64,000 bases of DNA. It comes from an uncultured virus (IMG/VR IMGVR_UViG_3300034110_001238) (lineage: Duplodnaviria; Heunggongvirae; Uroviricota; Caudoviricetes). The position numbers and the translations under genes are program-made. Positions 38,151-49,202 of this stretch are shown piece by piece (the stretch's first letter is position 1; every line of letters starts with the position of its first letter). Where the stretch lies: the IMG/VR virus record IMGVR_UViG_3300034110_001238; one strand, 5' to 3'. Under the pieces are notes generated by a model that saw nothing but the letters and a program-made list of their open reading frames with translations, was not told the DNA's origin and made no database searches.

Positions 38151-39089
38151 TTAATCTTCTTTTTTAAAATAGTTGTTTTCTTTGTAAAAAATGGTATTAA
38201 AAAATTCTTCTTGACTGATCATCATATCAAGGTGTTTTTGAGACGTAAGATAAATACCTTGTTTAATATCTTCTGCGACAGCTTCTGCCACATCATAGTA
38301 GATATTTGAATATTCAGACATGGATGGCTCGGCCCCATGTTTAACTTTATAATCAGCTAATCGAGCTTGGCATAATTCATTAAGACGGCTTCGCTTATAA
38401 ATACTACGAAGACGCTCAGCTTCATCTGGGAGTTCAGCCATAATACTTTCTTCACGAATGGCATAAAAATCAACCTTGATAGGGATATTAAACATAGCTT
38501 CGGAAGCATTCATAGAATGACCTAAAACACGATTCCATGTATGACTACGGTGTTTCCAAGCTTTTGTGGTAACTTCATCAGGTTTATCAGTGTTGTCATA
38601 ATATTCATAGTTCTTTAAAATATTATGACGTTGATTGATTTTTTCAAATTGTTTTGCTACGGCATTGGATACTGCAAAAAAATATAAAGTCACATGACCT
38701 ACAGTTTTAAAATAAATTTTTTCCGAATTAAGACTATATTGACTATAAATGTTTTGGTTCGACATCAACTCAATGACATCTTTTGTGAAATCAAACAGCG
38801 TGCCCTCATCATTTCTAAATTTATGACGAACACTCATTTCAAACGCTTTATTTTGTAATTCATGGTTCTTTGACTGAATACATGCCAGATAAGAATCGTG
38901 ACGTTCAGCACAATCAGATTTTAAATTATAGGTGTAGTTAGCAATAGGCGACATAATGGAAACCATATTAGAAACTAATGTATCCTTTAAAATTTGATTA
39001 AAAATGACACGAAGTCGTTCGTTCACTTTATTCACTTTTTTAGAATTTGATGTTTCAAGTATGTAACCATTTGAAATACATGTTGACAT
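38151..39089 (-). CDS. hypothetical protein, paralog of 39148
   Basis: MSTxIxNxY and YxYxxNTDxPxxxTxxAWxxRxxxW. Confidence 0.8.
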   Translation of the reverse strand: MSTCISNGYILETSNSKKVNKVNERLRVIFNQILKDTLVSNMVSIMSPIANYTYNLKSDCAERHDSYLACIQSKNHELQNKAFEMSVRHKFRNDEGTLFDFTKDVIELMSNQNIYSQYSLNSEKIYFKTVGHVTLYFFAVSNAVAKQFEKINQRHNILKNYEYYDNTDKPDEVTTKAWKHRSHTWNRVLGHSMNASEAMFNIPIKVDFYAIREESIMAELPDEAERLRSIYKRSRLNELCQARLADYKVKHGAEPSMSEYSNIYYDVAEAVAEDIKQGIYLTSQKHLDMMISQEEFFNTIFYKENNYFKKED

Positions 39090-39147
39090 TTAGTTCTCCT
39101 ATTTTAGCTGCAATTATACAACATACTGTAGTTTAAATCAATTTAAA

Positions 39148-40089
39148 TTAAGCCATCTGTATTTCAGTTGTTTTTGGAATCGCATCATAAAACAAGGAAG
39201 TCAGAATTCTGTCTCTCGTGTAAGGGCTGTCTTCAAACTCTGGATAGAGTTCTAATGCAGAACCATCTGCAAAATCTTGTCGAATACGAGCGACTGTTTC
39301 ACGGAAAGTTTTACCATCACTTCGCTTACCTGTTTCCTTAAAATACTGCTCAGTGATTTCAGAAAAATAGATTTCAGATTTAATTTCATCATAATAGATC
39401 TTAAACAGGTTATAATCATCAGAGATTGAATCAATACAATTTTGATAATCCATTAAAGAGTAATTTTCAAGTTCAATCTCGATTTTATTCATTTCATTAG
39501 AAGGTTTATGTTTGAAGACCTTATCCCATTTACGGCCACGGCCACTCCATGCCGCATAAGTCATATCCTCTGGACCATCAGTATTATTCCAGTAATCATA
39601 AGTTGTAAATGTTTCTGGCATGTAAGTTTCGAAATCATTTCTAAAATCAAAAGTGACATCACTTATATTACTCATAAAAAGATAATAAGTGTACTCACCT
39701 AATGTTCTAAAATAAACTGTCACTTTGTGGTTAAAGTTATTATTTAGATTGAATCTGGTCGATTCTGTAGTCATTTCAACAAATAGCTTATAAAATTTAG
39801 TATCCGAATACACTCGTTGATTAATCAAGTCTTTCAAAAAACTTGATTGTTGTTTAGGTGTATCAAAACTAGATAAGTCCAAAAAACTATGAACACTATT
39901 AAGATCATTCTGTTTTTCTGGGTTCCTCATCAAATAAAATTTATATTCAATAAAGAGATCCGTCATTTTTTTATAAAGAGTAGACTTGAGTTTTTTAGTC
40001 AACACTTCACGAATGAGCGTATTGTTTTTTTCAACAGTTGAAGCTCTGTTTGATTTAAAACGATAAGCATTATAGATAACGGTTGACAT
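39148..40089 (-). CDS. hypothetical protein, paralog of 38151
   Basis: Same motifs as 38151. Confidence 0.8.
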   Translation of the reverse strand: MSTVIYNAYRFKSNRASTVEKNNTLIREVLTKKLKSTLYKKMTDLFIEYKFYLMRNPEKQNDLNSVHSFLDLSSFDTPKQQSSFLKDLINQRVYSDTKFYKLFVEMTTESTRFNLNNNFNHKVTVYFRTLGEYTYYLFMSNISDVTFDFRNDFETYMPETFTTYDYWNNTDGPEDMTYAAWSGRGRKWDKVFKHKPSNEMNKIEIELENYSLMDYQNCIDSISDDYNLFKIYYDEIKSEIYFSEITEQYFKETGKRSDGKTFRETVARIRQDFADGSALELYPEFEDSPYTRDRILTSLFYDAIPKTTEIQMA

Positions 40090-40167
40090 AGTATTCTCCT
40101 AAATTTGAACTATGATATCAAAAATGATGTGTAGATGTCAACAAAAAAGGCTCTTCCGAGCCTTTAA

Positions 40168-41178
40168 TTATTTCAGTTTAGAAATGGTTAATGCCAGATC
40201 AAGCATTCTATTTGAGAAGCCCCATTCGTTATCATACCATGCGAACACTTTAACCATACCATCATGCACAATCGTCTGAGTGGAGTCATATACACTTGAA
40301 TGTTTATTATGATTAAAATCAATAGAAACCAACGGTTCATCATTATAACCTAATACGCCATTAAAAACACCTTTGGCAACTTCTGTCTTAAAGAGATTGT
40401 TTACAGCGTCTGCAGTCACTTCTTTATTCACATTACAGGTAAAGTCAACCAATGAAACGTTAGGGGTTGGAACACGAACAGAAAGTCCATTAATCTTTCC
40501 TTTCAATTCTGGAATAATAAGGCCGATGGCTTTTGCTGCACCTGTCTTAGACGGAATCATGGAAAGTGCTGCTGCTCGTGCTCTGTAAAGATCGCTATGA
40601 TCAGTATCAACCAAACGTTGATCACCTGTATAAGAATGAATAGTGGTCATTAAACCATTTTTAATATCAAAATCTCTATGGATAAGGGCCACAATAGGAG
40701 CAAGACAGTTGGTTGTACATGAAGCATTTGAAATGATTTTATCACTGGCAACCAATGTATGTTCATTCACACCCCATACAATGGTCTTGTCGGCTCCATC
40801 ACAAGGTGCTGAAACTACAACACGCTTAGCACCCGCCACTAAATGGTCAGAAGCGGTTTCATGCTTGGTGTATTTACCTGTGCAATCAAATACGATATCT
40901 ACATCCAATGCTGCCCAAGGAAGCAATTTAGCATCTTTGATAGAGGTGTATTTAATTTTATGATTGTTAATGTGAATTTCGTTATCGTGTGCTTTAACGA
41001 TTTTGTCAAACTGTTTATGAATGCTGTCATATTTTAGTAAATGAACTGAATGTTCAATGGGTGAAAGATCATTAATGGCAACAATTTCAATCGAACTTCT
41101 ATAATGTGGATGCTCATGAAAAGCTCTTAAAACGTTTCTACCAATTCTGCCAAATCCATTAATTGCTACTTTTATCAT
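40168..41178 (-). CDS. gap: type I glyceraldehyde-3-phosphate dehydrogenase
   Basis: INGFGRIGR, ASCTTNC, HSYTGDQ, WYDNEWGF. Confidence 0.95.
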   Translation of the reverse strand: MIKVAINGFGRIGRNVLRAFHEHPHYRSSIEIVAINDLSPIEHSVHLLKYDSIHKQFDKIVKAHDNEIHINNHKIKYTSIKDAKLLPWAALDVDIVFDCTGKYTKHETASDHLVAGAKRVVVSAPCDGADKTIVWGVNEHTLVASDKIISNASCTTNCLAPIVALIHRDFDIKNGLMTTIHSYTGDQRLVDTDHSDLYRARAAALSMIPSKTGAAKAIGLIIPELKGKINGLSVRVPTPNVSLVDFTCNVNKEVTADAVNNLFKTEVAKGVFNGVLGYNDEPLVSIDFNHNKHSSVYDSTQTIVHDGMVKVFAWYDNEWGFSNRMLDLALTISKLK

Positions 41179-41362
41179 ATTTTAACTCCTTATGTGTAAA
41201 CTATCTCTAAGTATAGAGGCTTTCAAAGAAAAAAACAAATACTTTTTTCCAATCTTTAAAGAATGACCAATTTTAATTCTTTTTTAGGCTAAAATTGTTG
41301 AATAAGCCTTGTTAAGCATTATAATAAGTGGTATAATTTCGTCTAATTTATAGGAGGTTATT

Positions 41363-42319
41363 ATGGATTATTGGGAACATTACAATCAATTAAGAATGCA
41401 CACACGTTCTCAATACTCAAATAAACATCGAGATGATATCCCTTATCATTATCAAAAAAACAATTTAGCTTACAATAAAGAAAATTGTATGTTTACAATA
41501 ATTGTAAGTGGAAAGCTTAAATTAAAAATTCAGTTTCAACCAGAACAGCAACAATTCCATGTTGCATTTTATTTAGGCTATTTTTTCAAAAAGCTGGTCT
41601 ATGAGTTCAATCTCAAAATGACACCAAAGCCAGCCGATGAGATGAAAATCTATATGGAAGAAGTAGACACGTCAAGTAAAAAAAATAAGCTGGATCATGC
41701 TAGCCGCCACATTGTTGAACTTGTTAACAGTTGTCCTTTCATCTATGCAACCCGAAAAGATTTCAAAACATTGTCAAAAAATGGCGTGAAGAACTACTAT
41801 CACTTTATCAAAACAACAATGGATTTCAGTGTCAATAATGATCGAGACAGTCCTGTCTACAAATGTTACGCTGCTAACAAAGCAGGAGAACCAGAAGTCT
41901 ATCATGTATATGATGGACAATTGAGAGAAATTCATAAAAATAAAGGCGTTGAATTTATTGACGAACATATGGAAATAAAACAAAAATTAGTAAAAACGCC
42001 ATATTTTGTTTCAAAACGTATTAGCCACGATGAGTGGTTTCTTATTGCAGACTTTTCAAACAATTGCACTGGCTTCTTAGCTAATTGTATGGGTCATTAT
42101 ATTTATGTTTTAAAATATGGTCAAAATTCAATCAGAGTAACCGGGACAGACAAAGAATTTTCATTGAATGAATTGCTATCCAAGTATTCTTTGGATTACT
42201 TTAAAGAAAACAAGTCATTTAATGCTGAAAGTATTGATAGTTTATTTAATGAGTTCGGACTAGATGCTAACAATTTAACAGAGAAAGATTTTGAAGTATA
42301 TCGCATGTATGAGTACTAA
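41363..42319 (+). CDS. hypothetical protein (C-terminal Mxx-hydrophobic motif)
   Basis: AGGAGG RBS; ends VYRMYEY. Confidence 0.75.
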   Translation: MDYWEHYNQLRMHTRSQYSNKHRDDIPYHYQKNNLAYNKENCMFTIIVSGKLKLKIQFQPEQQQFHVAFYLGYFFKKLVYEFNLKMTPKPADEMKIYMEEVDTSSKKNKLDHASRHIVELVNSCPFIYATRKDFKTLSKNGVKNYYHFIKTTMDFSVNNDRDSPVYKCYAANKAGEPEVYHVYDGQLREIHKNKGVEFIDEHMEIKQKLVKTPYFVSKRISHDEWFLIADFSNNCTGFLANCMGHYIYVLKYGQNSIRVTGTDKEFSLNELLSKYSLDYFKENKSFNAESIDSLFNEFGLDANNLTEKDFEVYRMYEY

Positions 42320-42424
42320 AAATTATTTTGAAATAATTTTGTAAAAAAATAAAAAAATAATCATTTTATTTTGATAATATATGTGCTAAACTGATGATTA
42401 TAAACGCTAATAAGGAAGACTTTT

Positions 42425-43399
42425 ATGTACATAGAAATTGGATTGCTTATACTTGCTTCTATTTGTATTGTAGCCATTTCTGGTATGTTTGCTCTTATTG
42501 AATCATCGCTTGTGATTATGGATGATATAAAACTAAATCTATTAATGAACAGAGACGACATCCCAGAAAAGAAAAAAAGACGTATTGAAAAAATAATGAA
42601 TAAAAAGGACTGGCATATTACTGCGATGACAGTTTCTAGCACATTAAGTAGTATTTTAGGCAGCTCCCTTTTGGGTGCTATGTCTTCAAAATACTTACCA
42701 CACCAATATGTATTAATTTTCACGGGTCTATTAACATACTTTATGCTTGTATTTGCCAGAACATTACCAAAAATTGTTGCAAACTATAATTATGAAAAGA
42801 TATTGGTTAAACTCAGTGTGATTCCTCGATACGCTTACTTTGTTAACTATCCATTCATTTTACTAACCTATGTTTGGGTTAAGATTTTTAAATTAGAATC
42901 CAAAAGATTGATGAGTCTTAACGAGTTGAAAATGACCATCAAACATTATAGAAAGAATGGTATTATTGATAAATCAGAACAAAAAATGCTGGAAAGGATT
43001 TTCAATATTAAACAAATAAAGATAGGTGATGTAATCGATAAACATTTTCATCCTGTCATTATGGATTATAATGAACCAGTAATGACATATCGTTCAGCAT
43101 TTGAAGACGTAAACAACAAACGTTTTTTCGTGAAGAACAATGATCAAATGATTGGTATCGTGTTTTACCGTGATGTGGCTCCTGAATTTGTTAAAGGTGT
43201 CACAATGGCAACAGTAGCTGATTTTACAAGACCTGCTATCATTTTAGAAACTGATGATAACTTGATGGATGTGATTGTTGAATTAAGAGAAAATAACACT
43301 GCCCTTGGTATTGTTGTTGATCAAGAGACAAAAACGCCTATCAGCACTATTACCATGAAACAAATATACAGTCATATTCTGAGTAATGACGAAAGTTAA
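42425..43399 (+). CDS. CNNM (DUF21) + CBS domain protein (CorB/CorC-like)
   Basis: SGMFALIESSL, LVFARTLPK, C-terminal CBS-like pair. Confidence 0.85.
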   Translation: MYIEIGLLILASICIVAISGMFALIESSLVIMDDIKLNLLMNRDDIPEKKKRRIEKIMNKKDWHITAMTVSSTLSSILGSSLLGAMSSKYLPHQYVLIFTGLLTYFMLVFARTLPKIVANYNYEKILVKLSVIPRYAYFVNYPFILLTYVWVKIFKLESKRLMSLNELKMTIKHYRKNGIIDKSEQKMLERIFNIKQIKIGDVIDKHFHPVIMDYNEPVMTYRSAFEDVNNKRFFVKNNDQMIGIVFYRDVAPEFVKGVTMATVADFTRPAIILETDDNLMDVIVELRENNTALGIVVDQETKTPISTITMKQIYSHILSNDES

Positions 43400-43442
43400 A
43401 AATACAAAAAGCCCAAGAGGGCTTTTTTGTTATCTGGTGTTT

Positions 43443-44183
43443 TTAAATCAAAATCATTTTACTGAGATAAACGAAATTCTGTATTCCCTCTCTACCCACT
43501 GATGAGTAAACATCTTGAACATCATTCAAAGACTTAAAACACCCCAGAAAATTTTCTGCCAGTTCGGTTGAGTATTTATATTTAGTATGATTTTTAAATT
43601 GTTTATTCGAAAATAACATATTATAACGTTTTGTCCCATGTGAATGGGTTTCTAAAACTTCTTTTGTTTTCATGTCAATCGTAAAATAATAGTTAACGAG
43701 ATCCAAAGTGAAACCACTGCTATTCTTGACTAAATCATTTTTTTGAACGTAAACTGTAATGTGTTTTGGCTTTTCAGCCCCACCAACATAACCGATATCA
43801 ACTTTTATCATGGGATCAACATAGGCAGTGTTGTATAAAGTAGTTCTTTTACGTTCTTTACGACCATTCCCCATACCTAATGATTTACCTTCCTTAAATT
43901 TATAAACTATAGTAGGAATAAAACTACTAAAAAACTGATAGTCTGTATAAGTTTCTGTTGCTCGTTCAAATGAAGTTAATGTTAAAACTTGTCCGACTTC
44001 GGACTTGCCAAAATAATAAACAATGTCATGCAACTGGATACTAATCATTTCATATTTATCTAAGTCCGAATATTCAATCGACATAATACTCATATTATTC
44101 GTCAGAGGTGTAATAAATGAACCCACCTTTATTTTTTCTAAATCCGTAAATTTAGTTTTTTCTAGAATCAATTGAATATTCAT
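43443..44183 (-). CDS. hypothetical protein (C-terminal MxxI motif)
   Basis: Ends LSKMILI. Confidence 0.75.
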   Translation of the reverse strand: MNIQLILEKTKFTDLEKIKVGSFITPLTNNMSIMSIEYSDLDKYEMISIQLHDIVYYFGKSEVGQVLTLTSFERATETYTDYQFFSSFIPTIVYKFKEGKSLGMGNGRKERKRTTLYNTAYVDPMIKVDIGYVGGAEKPKHITVYVQKNDLVKNSSGFTLDLVNYYFTIDMKTKEVLETHSHGTKRYNMLFSNKQFKNHTKYKYSTELAENFLGCFKSLNDVQDVYSSVGREGIQNFVYLSKMILI

Positions 44184-44278
44184 AACTTCTCCATTTTCTG
44201 TCAATAGATTATCATTATTTTATTGTAATTTCAAGATAAAGATGGTAAGATAGATGATACTTATTTTAGGAGATTTAT

Positions 44279-44848
44279 ATGGGGACAAGACACTTAGTAT
44301 GCGTTTACGCAAATAAAAGGTTTCAGGCCGCACAATATGGTCAATTTGATGGTGATCCCGGTGGTACTGGTATCGATGTTTTAGATTTTATTCGCACTCT
44401 TGATTCAAAAAAAATGGATATATTTAAGAAAAAATTAAGAAATATTCGTTTACATAGTGAAAAAGAATTTCAAGATAAAAACTTATATGACACGCCAAAA
44501 CATCATCAGCCTAAAGCTCATGACTTATTACAATATATTTTCGATTCAGATGATGAAATTCATTTAGTCAACAGCGTTGCTTTTTCAGGTGATTCTCTTT
44601 ACTGCGAATGGGTCTATCTCTTGGATCTGGATAAAAAGACATTTAATATTTATAAAGGTTTTGTTGAGGTTGAAAGCGAATCTGCTGAATTGTTCATGAA
44701 ATATAAACTTCCACCTAAAAAGAAAAACCCAAACTATACAGTAACAGATTATTATCCTGTCAAATTGGTGGCTTCCTATGGTTTAGAAAGTTTGCCAGAA
44801 ACAGAAGATTTTGTTGAACGATTTAAAGAAGAAGAAGAAGATGTATAA
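44279..44848 (+). CDS. phage-type hypothetical protein (MGTR...DG.P family)
   Basis: MGTRHLV, QYGQFDGDP, CEWVYLLDLD. Confidence 0.75.
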   Translation: MGTRHLVCVYANKRFQAAQYGQFDGDPGGTGIDVLDFIRTLDSKKMDIFKKKLRNIRLHSEKEFQDKNLYDTPKHHQPKAHDLLQYIFDSDDEIHLVNSVAFSGDSLYCEWVYLLDLDKKTFNIYKGFVEVESESAELFMKYKLPPKKKNPNYTVTDYYPVKLVASYGLESLPETEDFVERFKEEEEDV

Positions 44849-44865
44849 CTTAATAGGAGTTTAGC

Positions 44866-45681
44866 ATGTATTACACACACGTAAAAGAACGATTTAAACT
44901 CAATTATGCTCCAGTATTCCATCGTTTTGATGGCGTATTGATGGTTCTCAACTTAGAAAATAGCCGACATGCTAATCTTATTGAAGCTAACCAACCTATT
45001 AGTTATCTTGAAGCGGATACTAATTTTTCTTGGGATGGTTCCATTTTTTGGTTTAAAGCTGAGCTAGGTCAAGACTTTATCGAATATGTTGATAAATGGT
45101 TTGAAAGTAACTATACGACTTTGACTGATGACATGTCGGGATCTGGTTTATCAAATATCCTTTTATACTCCTATACTCAAACAGGGATTGCTTTTGTGGA
45201 TACACAACGAGATATGGATTCGGTTATTGATACTATTATCAATGAGTTTTTGGAGCTAAAATCAGTCAATCACGAAGATATGGATACTTTTTTCTGTTAT
45301 GACGATTGTCATTTGATTGATAATCTGCACTTTGGTAGAGATTCCAGCACACATGGTAACCAAGTCATGTATTTCCTCTATAACGAAGGTTTCTTAGATG
45401 AATCCATCTTGTTCAGTAGTTTTTACAATGACTATGAACCCAATATAGGCTATTCAGTGGCTCTGGTAGGTGATTTTTGCATTGAAAATCATATGATTGA
45501 AGACGCTATTGAGTGTTGTGAGGCGTTAACGCTTCTTGATGTGCCAAACAAAAACACATGGGTGTGGGTTGGTGATAATGTATCAAAACAAGATAGAGTC
45601 AGTATAGAAGCTAATTTTAAAATGGTTTCTAATATTGAAGATGTATTGGAAAAAATATATCAAGAAAGTTTCAATTATTAA
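44866..45681 (+). CDS. acidic hypothetical protein
   Basis: AGGAG RBS. Confidence 0.75.
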   Translation: MYYTHVKERFKLNYAPVFHRFDGVLMVLNLENSRHANLIEANQPISYLEADTNFSWDGSIFWFKAELGQDFIEYVDKWFESNYTTLTDDMSGSGLSNILLYSYTQTGIAFVDTQRDMDSVIDTIINEFLELKSVNHEDMDTFFCYDDCHLIDNLHFGRDSSTHGNQVMYFLYNEGFLDESILFSSFYNDYEPNIGYSVALVGDFCIENHMIEDAIECCEALTLLDVPNKNTWVWVGDNVSKQDRVSIEANFKMVSNIEDVLEKIYQESFNY

Positions 45682-45725
45682 AATGATTAAAAGAAAAAGA
45701 GCTTTCAATGGCTATTTTTTTATTA

Positions 45726-47348
45726 TTACATTTTTAATTTTATTGGTTTATTACCGACTTTTAACATAGTTGCCATATCATCAACATTCATGTTAGCTTC
45801 AATCATTTCCCCAATTTTGTGATCGAGTTTAACAATGTCAGCATAAGGAAGATCCAAATTTGAAATCAAAGTATGACGTTTTTTTTCTGATGATGATGGT
45901 AACAGAACAGCACAGATTTCAGTTTTAAATTTATCAACTGTATTGCACACAATGTCATCTTCATCATAATTTAAACCTTGTTGCATAGACTTGTGGTCTA
46001 AACATAATATAAGTTCATTCTTTTTACAGTAATCAATCACATTTTTAATCGCGTCTTCTAATTGTTGTGGAGACACACTTTTTGTAAGAAGATAGGTATC
46101 TAGATTTAATGTCTTATACTTAGATTCTGATTTTTTATCAACACTGGCACATAAAAGATATCGAATATCAGGTCCAGCAGTGCCCATAAAACGAACAACA
46201 TCTACATCTAGTTCTGGGTCAATGACTGCATATGAACGTCTATGTGGTGGAGTTTTAAAATGTTCTATCATGACGGATGCTCTATCTGTTTCTTCTACAA
46301 TATGATCGATATAAGCAAAATAATCAACACCTTGTTCGTATGTAAATATATCATTATCTTTTATAATATTGTGTTTAAATAGGTTTTCTGGTTGTTCATT
46401 AAGTAACGGGTCTTTTTTCAAGGCTTCATTAAAAACTATATCTACAATAGGGTTATCTTTATATAATTGTTCGACTGTTAAATCATTATTGATTAACTTC
46501 ATGCTAAAACATAAAGGTTTTTTAAGGTTTTCAAAAACAAGTTGTTCAAATACGTTATGAATGAAGTTTTTATGATCATTTAATAACAAATATCCTATGC
46601 TGTTTTTAGGGAAGCTTTCATTGATGATATTTTTAAGAAATTCAACTTGGCGATCTTCATCAATATCTTCAAAATCATAATTATCAATGTCAAAATCTTG
46701 AATGTGGAGTAATCTTTTTAATTGACCTAATCCATCACTGCCTTCTGCAACGCCTTCTTTTATCATGTCATAAACCCTGTCTTCCGTATAATTATCAATG
46801 AATTTAGCATCTTGATTGGATTTATTCATCACTTTTAAAGCAAGCTTTAAAAAGTCACGGGTGAGTGGAGCTTCATTTTTAATCATTTTAACAACCTTGA
46901 AAAACTCAGCATAGGATCGATCAGAAACAGCAATAATATTGTTAAGATCGTTATCAGTAATATTTTTTATGAAATCTTTAAAAGTGCTCGCTGGTTTCAA
47001 CAATTCTTTCATGTTGTTGGCTGATGATTGAACAGCTTCACTGATCATGGGTTTTAGTCCATTTAAGATATTGGAGTAGTTGCCAAATTTTGATCTAAAT
47101 TCAAAACCGTCTTCTGTCATCAAACCAAAAAATTTATGAAAACCATCTGCATTGTATTCCAAAATATAAGCATCATTCTTAATATCATGAATGAGTGCAA
47201 TATTTGGATAAGCTGATTTCATAACAGGTGTATTCAAATATTTATGAATGGCTAACATTTCAATATCTTTACTAAACTGTTGACCTGTTTCGTTTTCAAC
47301 TCGTTCTAAGGTGTCGTTTAATATTTTACTGTATTCTTTTAAATTCAT
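45726..47348 (-). CDS. hypothetical protein
   Basis: ~540-aa ORF. Confidence 0.75.
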   Translation of the reverse strand: MNLKEYSKILNDTLERVENETGQQFSKDIEMLAIHKYLNTPVMKSAYPNIALIHDIKNDAYILEYNADGFHKFFGLMTEDGFEFRSKFGNYSNILNGLKPMISEAVQSSANNMKELLKPASTFKDFIKNITDNDLNNIIAVSDRSYAEFFKVVKMIKNEAPLTRDFLKLALKVMNKSNQDAKFIDNYTEDRVYDMIKEGVAEGSDGLGQLKRLLHIQDFDIDNYDFEDIDEDRQVEFLKNIINESFPKNSIGYLLLNDHKNFIHNVFEQLVFENLKKPLCFSMKLINNDLTVEQLYKDNPIVDIVFNEALKKDPLLNEQPENLFKHNIIKDNDIFTYEQGVDYFAYIDHIVEETDRASVMIEHFKTPPHRRSYAVIDPELDVDVVRFMGTAGPDIRYLLCASVDKKSESKYKTLNLDTYLLTKSVSPQQLEDAIKNVIDYCKKNELILCLDHKSMQQGLNYDEDDIVCNTVDKFKTEICAVLLPSSSEKKRHTLISNLDLPYADIVKLDHKIGEMIEANMNVDDMATMLKVGNKPIKLKM

Positions 47349-47349
47349 A

Positions 47350-49113
47350 TTATACACCCTGTTTATTTTTATTTATTTGTTTTTTTAATGTTGTCTCAAA
47401 CATTTTATCCAAGCTTGCTAATTTCTTCTCGCTGAGATTGAATTCATCTTTGTGATTAAACATAATAGTATCAGCAATATGTTGTAATTTTTCATCAACG
47501 CTTAGATAATCATCATCTCTAAGGTGTTGAGTATGAAAATTACCATCTTTTGTGAGTGTGAAGCCAATTAAAGAATCATTATCCTTTTCATTTTTAGAAA
47601 AGTCATACATAAAATATTGTTTTTGATTGTAGTCAGTATAGGTTTTAAAATAACTTTCTTCACGCACAATACACCAACTTGGGCTTCCTAGTTCTTTTGA
47701 ATGTTTATACTCAGTGACTGGGAATACTAATACATCACCATTGTCATAGACAGGTTTAATGGATGCACGTTCTAGTTTAGATGATACAGCTTCATGACTA
47801 AAACCTGTATACTGTCCTAACACTTTTACCAAGTAAGATTCCAAATCCTCAGAGGTTTTAATAGCCGCCATCTTTTTACCAACAGCCTTTTGTAATTCTT
47901 GTTCCGTGACATTCATTTCTCTTAATAATTTAAAAGAAGCTATTGATACTGGTGTTAATAGGTGTTTGTTTTTATTGCTTAATATACTATTCGCATATTG
48001 ATTAGTTTTATGTTCATTCACTAAACTGTTCATATGGTCATCTATAACTTCAAATGACTTGTTTGTAAATATGTTTAAATCCATTTTCATATTTTTAAGA
48101 ATTTGTTCATTGTTTATAAACGTATCAATAGCAATCATACATTTGTCAAAATGTATGCTTTCTCTTGCAAGCTCTATGAATAATTTCGCTATTTGAGGTC
48201 GTTTTTTTAATTTGTACGCAACAATGCTTTCTTTTAGCCCCATAAAGGTATTATCTAAATCCGACATAGTATTGATGGCTGAAAATTGACCTTTAGTTTT
48301 TACTGCAATACTGTTATCTTTAAATACGATATAGGCTTGAACTTTTTGATTGTCTTCAAGTTTTATAGAAGCTTGAATGGTTTCATCAAATGTCTTATCC
48401 AATAAGAATTGTGATATATCCCCAGTTGAGTTATTTAATTCATTTGAATATCGAGAACTCATTGTAGACAATATTTCTGGATTTTTTTCTTGAATTCTTT
48501 CTAATAACTTATCCAATATATTATTGAAAGATAGCATATGATGACCCATCTCATGTTTTAGTAGTTCTATTTTGTCATAGAACCCATTATGCAATATATC
48601 GTCATATTCCTCATTTAAGTCTTTCAACATGTTCAAATAATTATCATAAGTTGGTAATGATTTGCTTTTAATTAAATAAGGACAGATTAATAAGAGTTCT
48701 TGTGAATAGTCTATTGTTCTTTTGAGAGGTTTTAACAATTGCTCATTGATTAGTTCCAATTGATTAACATCAGCCAACAGATCTGCATAATCCACACCAG
48801 CCTCTTTTGCTAATACACTCAATTGTGTAAAATTGGGTTTGATTTTTTTTATAATATTCATCTCATTCAATAAACGATAACGAGCTGTTATTTCTTCATT
48901 GTCTTGAATAGCAATCATATGAAACTGATCAGTTTCTAAATATTGTTTAATTGAACCAAAAGGCAAAAGTATATTTTTAGAATTTGTTTTTAAACTATTG
49001 AAAAGACTATCACTTGAGTCTTTAAAGGGTAAGTTCTTAATATAGCCAATACAGTGACTAAATCTTGAAGAACTTGAGTAATTTGAAGCTATCTCTAAAT
49101 ATTCTTGATTCAT
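47350..49113 (-). CDS. hypothetical protein with C-terminal LGSxSWCI (PcfJ-like) domain
   Basis: SKELGSPSWCIVREESYFKTY. Confidence 0.65.
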   Translation of the reverse strand: MNQEYLEIASNYSSSSRFSHCIGYIKNLPFKDSSDSLFNSLKTNSKNILLPFGSIKQYLETDQFHMIAIQDNEEITARYRLLNEMNIIKKIKPNFTQLSVLAKEAGVDYADLLADVNQLELINEQLLKPLKRTIDYSQELLLICPYLIKSKSLPTYDNYLNMLKDLNEEYDDILHNGFYDKIELLKHEMGHHMLSFNNILDKLLERIQEKNPEILSTMSSRYSNELNNSTGDISQFLLDKTFDETIQASIKLEDNQKVQAYIVFKDNSIAVKTKGQFSAINTMSDLDNTFMGLKESIVAYKLKKRPQIAKLFIELARESIHFDKCMIAIDTFINNEQILKNMKMDLNIFTNKSFEVIDDHMNSLVNEHKTNQYANSILSNKNKHLLTPVSIASFKLLREMNVTEQELQKAVGKKMAAIKTSEDLESYLVKVLGQYTGFSHEAVSSKLERASIKPVYDNGDVLVFPVTEYKHSKELGSPSWCIVREESYFKTYTDYNQKQYFMYDFSKNEKDNDSLIGFTLTKDGNFHTQHLRDDDYLSVDEKLQHIADTIMFNHKDEFNLSEKKLASLDKMFETTLKKQINKNKQGV

Positions 49114-49202
49114 GACAATTTTATTGTTTTTTTTATTATAACATTTCTATCAAAATAATAAAGTTGTCATGTGTATTAATCAAGTTAAATATTATTTATA
49201 CA

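Noticed and set aside
40168..41178. epd (erythrose-4-phosphate dehydrogenase) call
   Set aside because: HSYTGDQ matches GAPDH rather than the Epd-type HSAMNDQ
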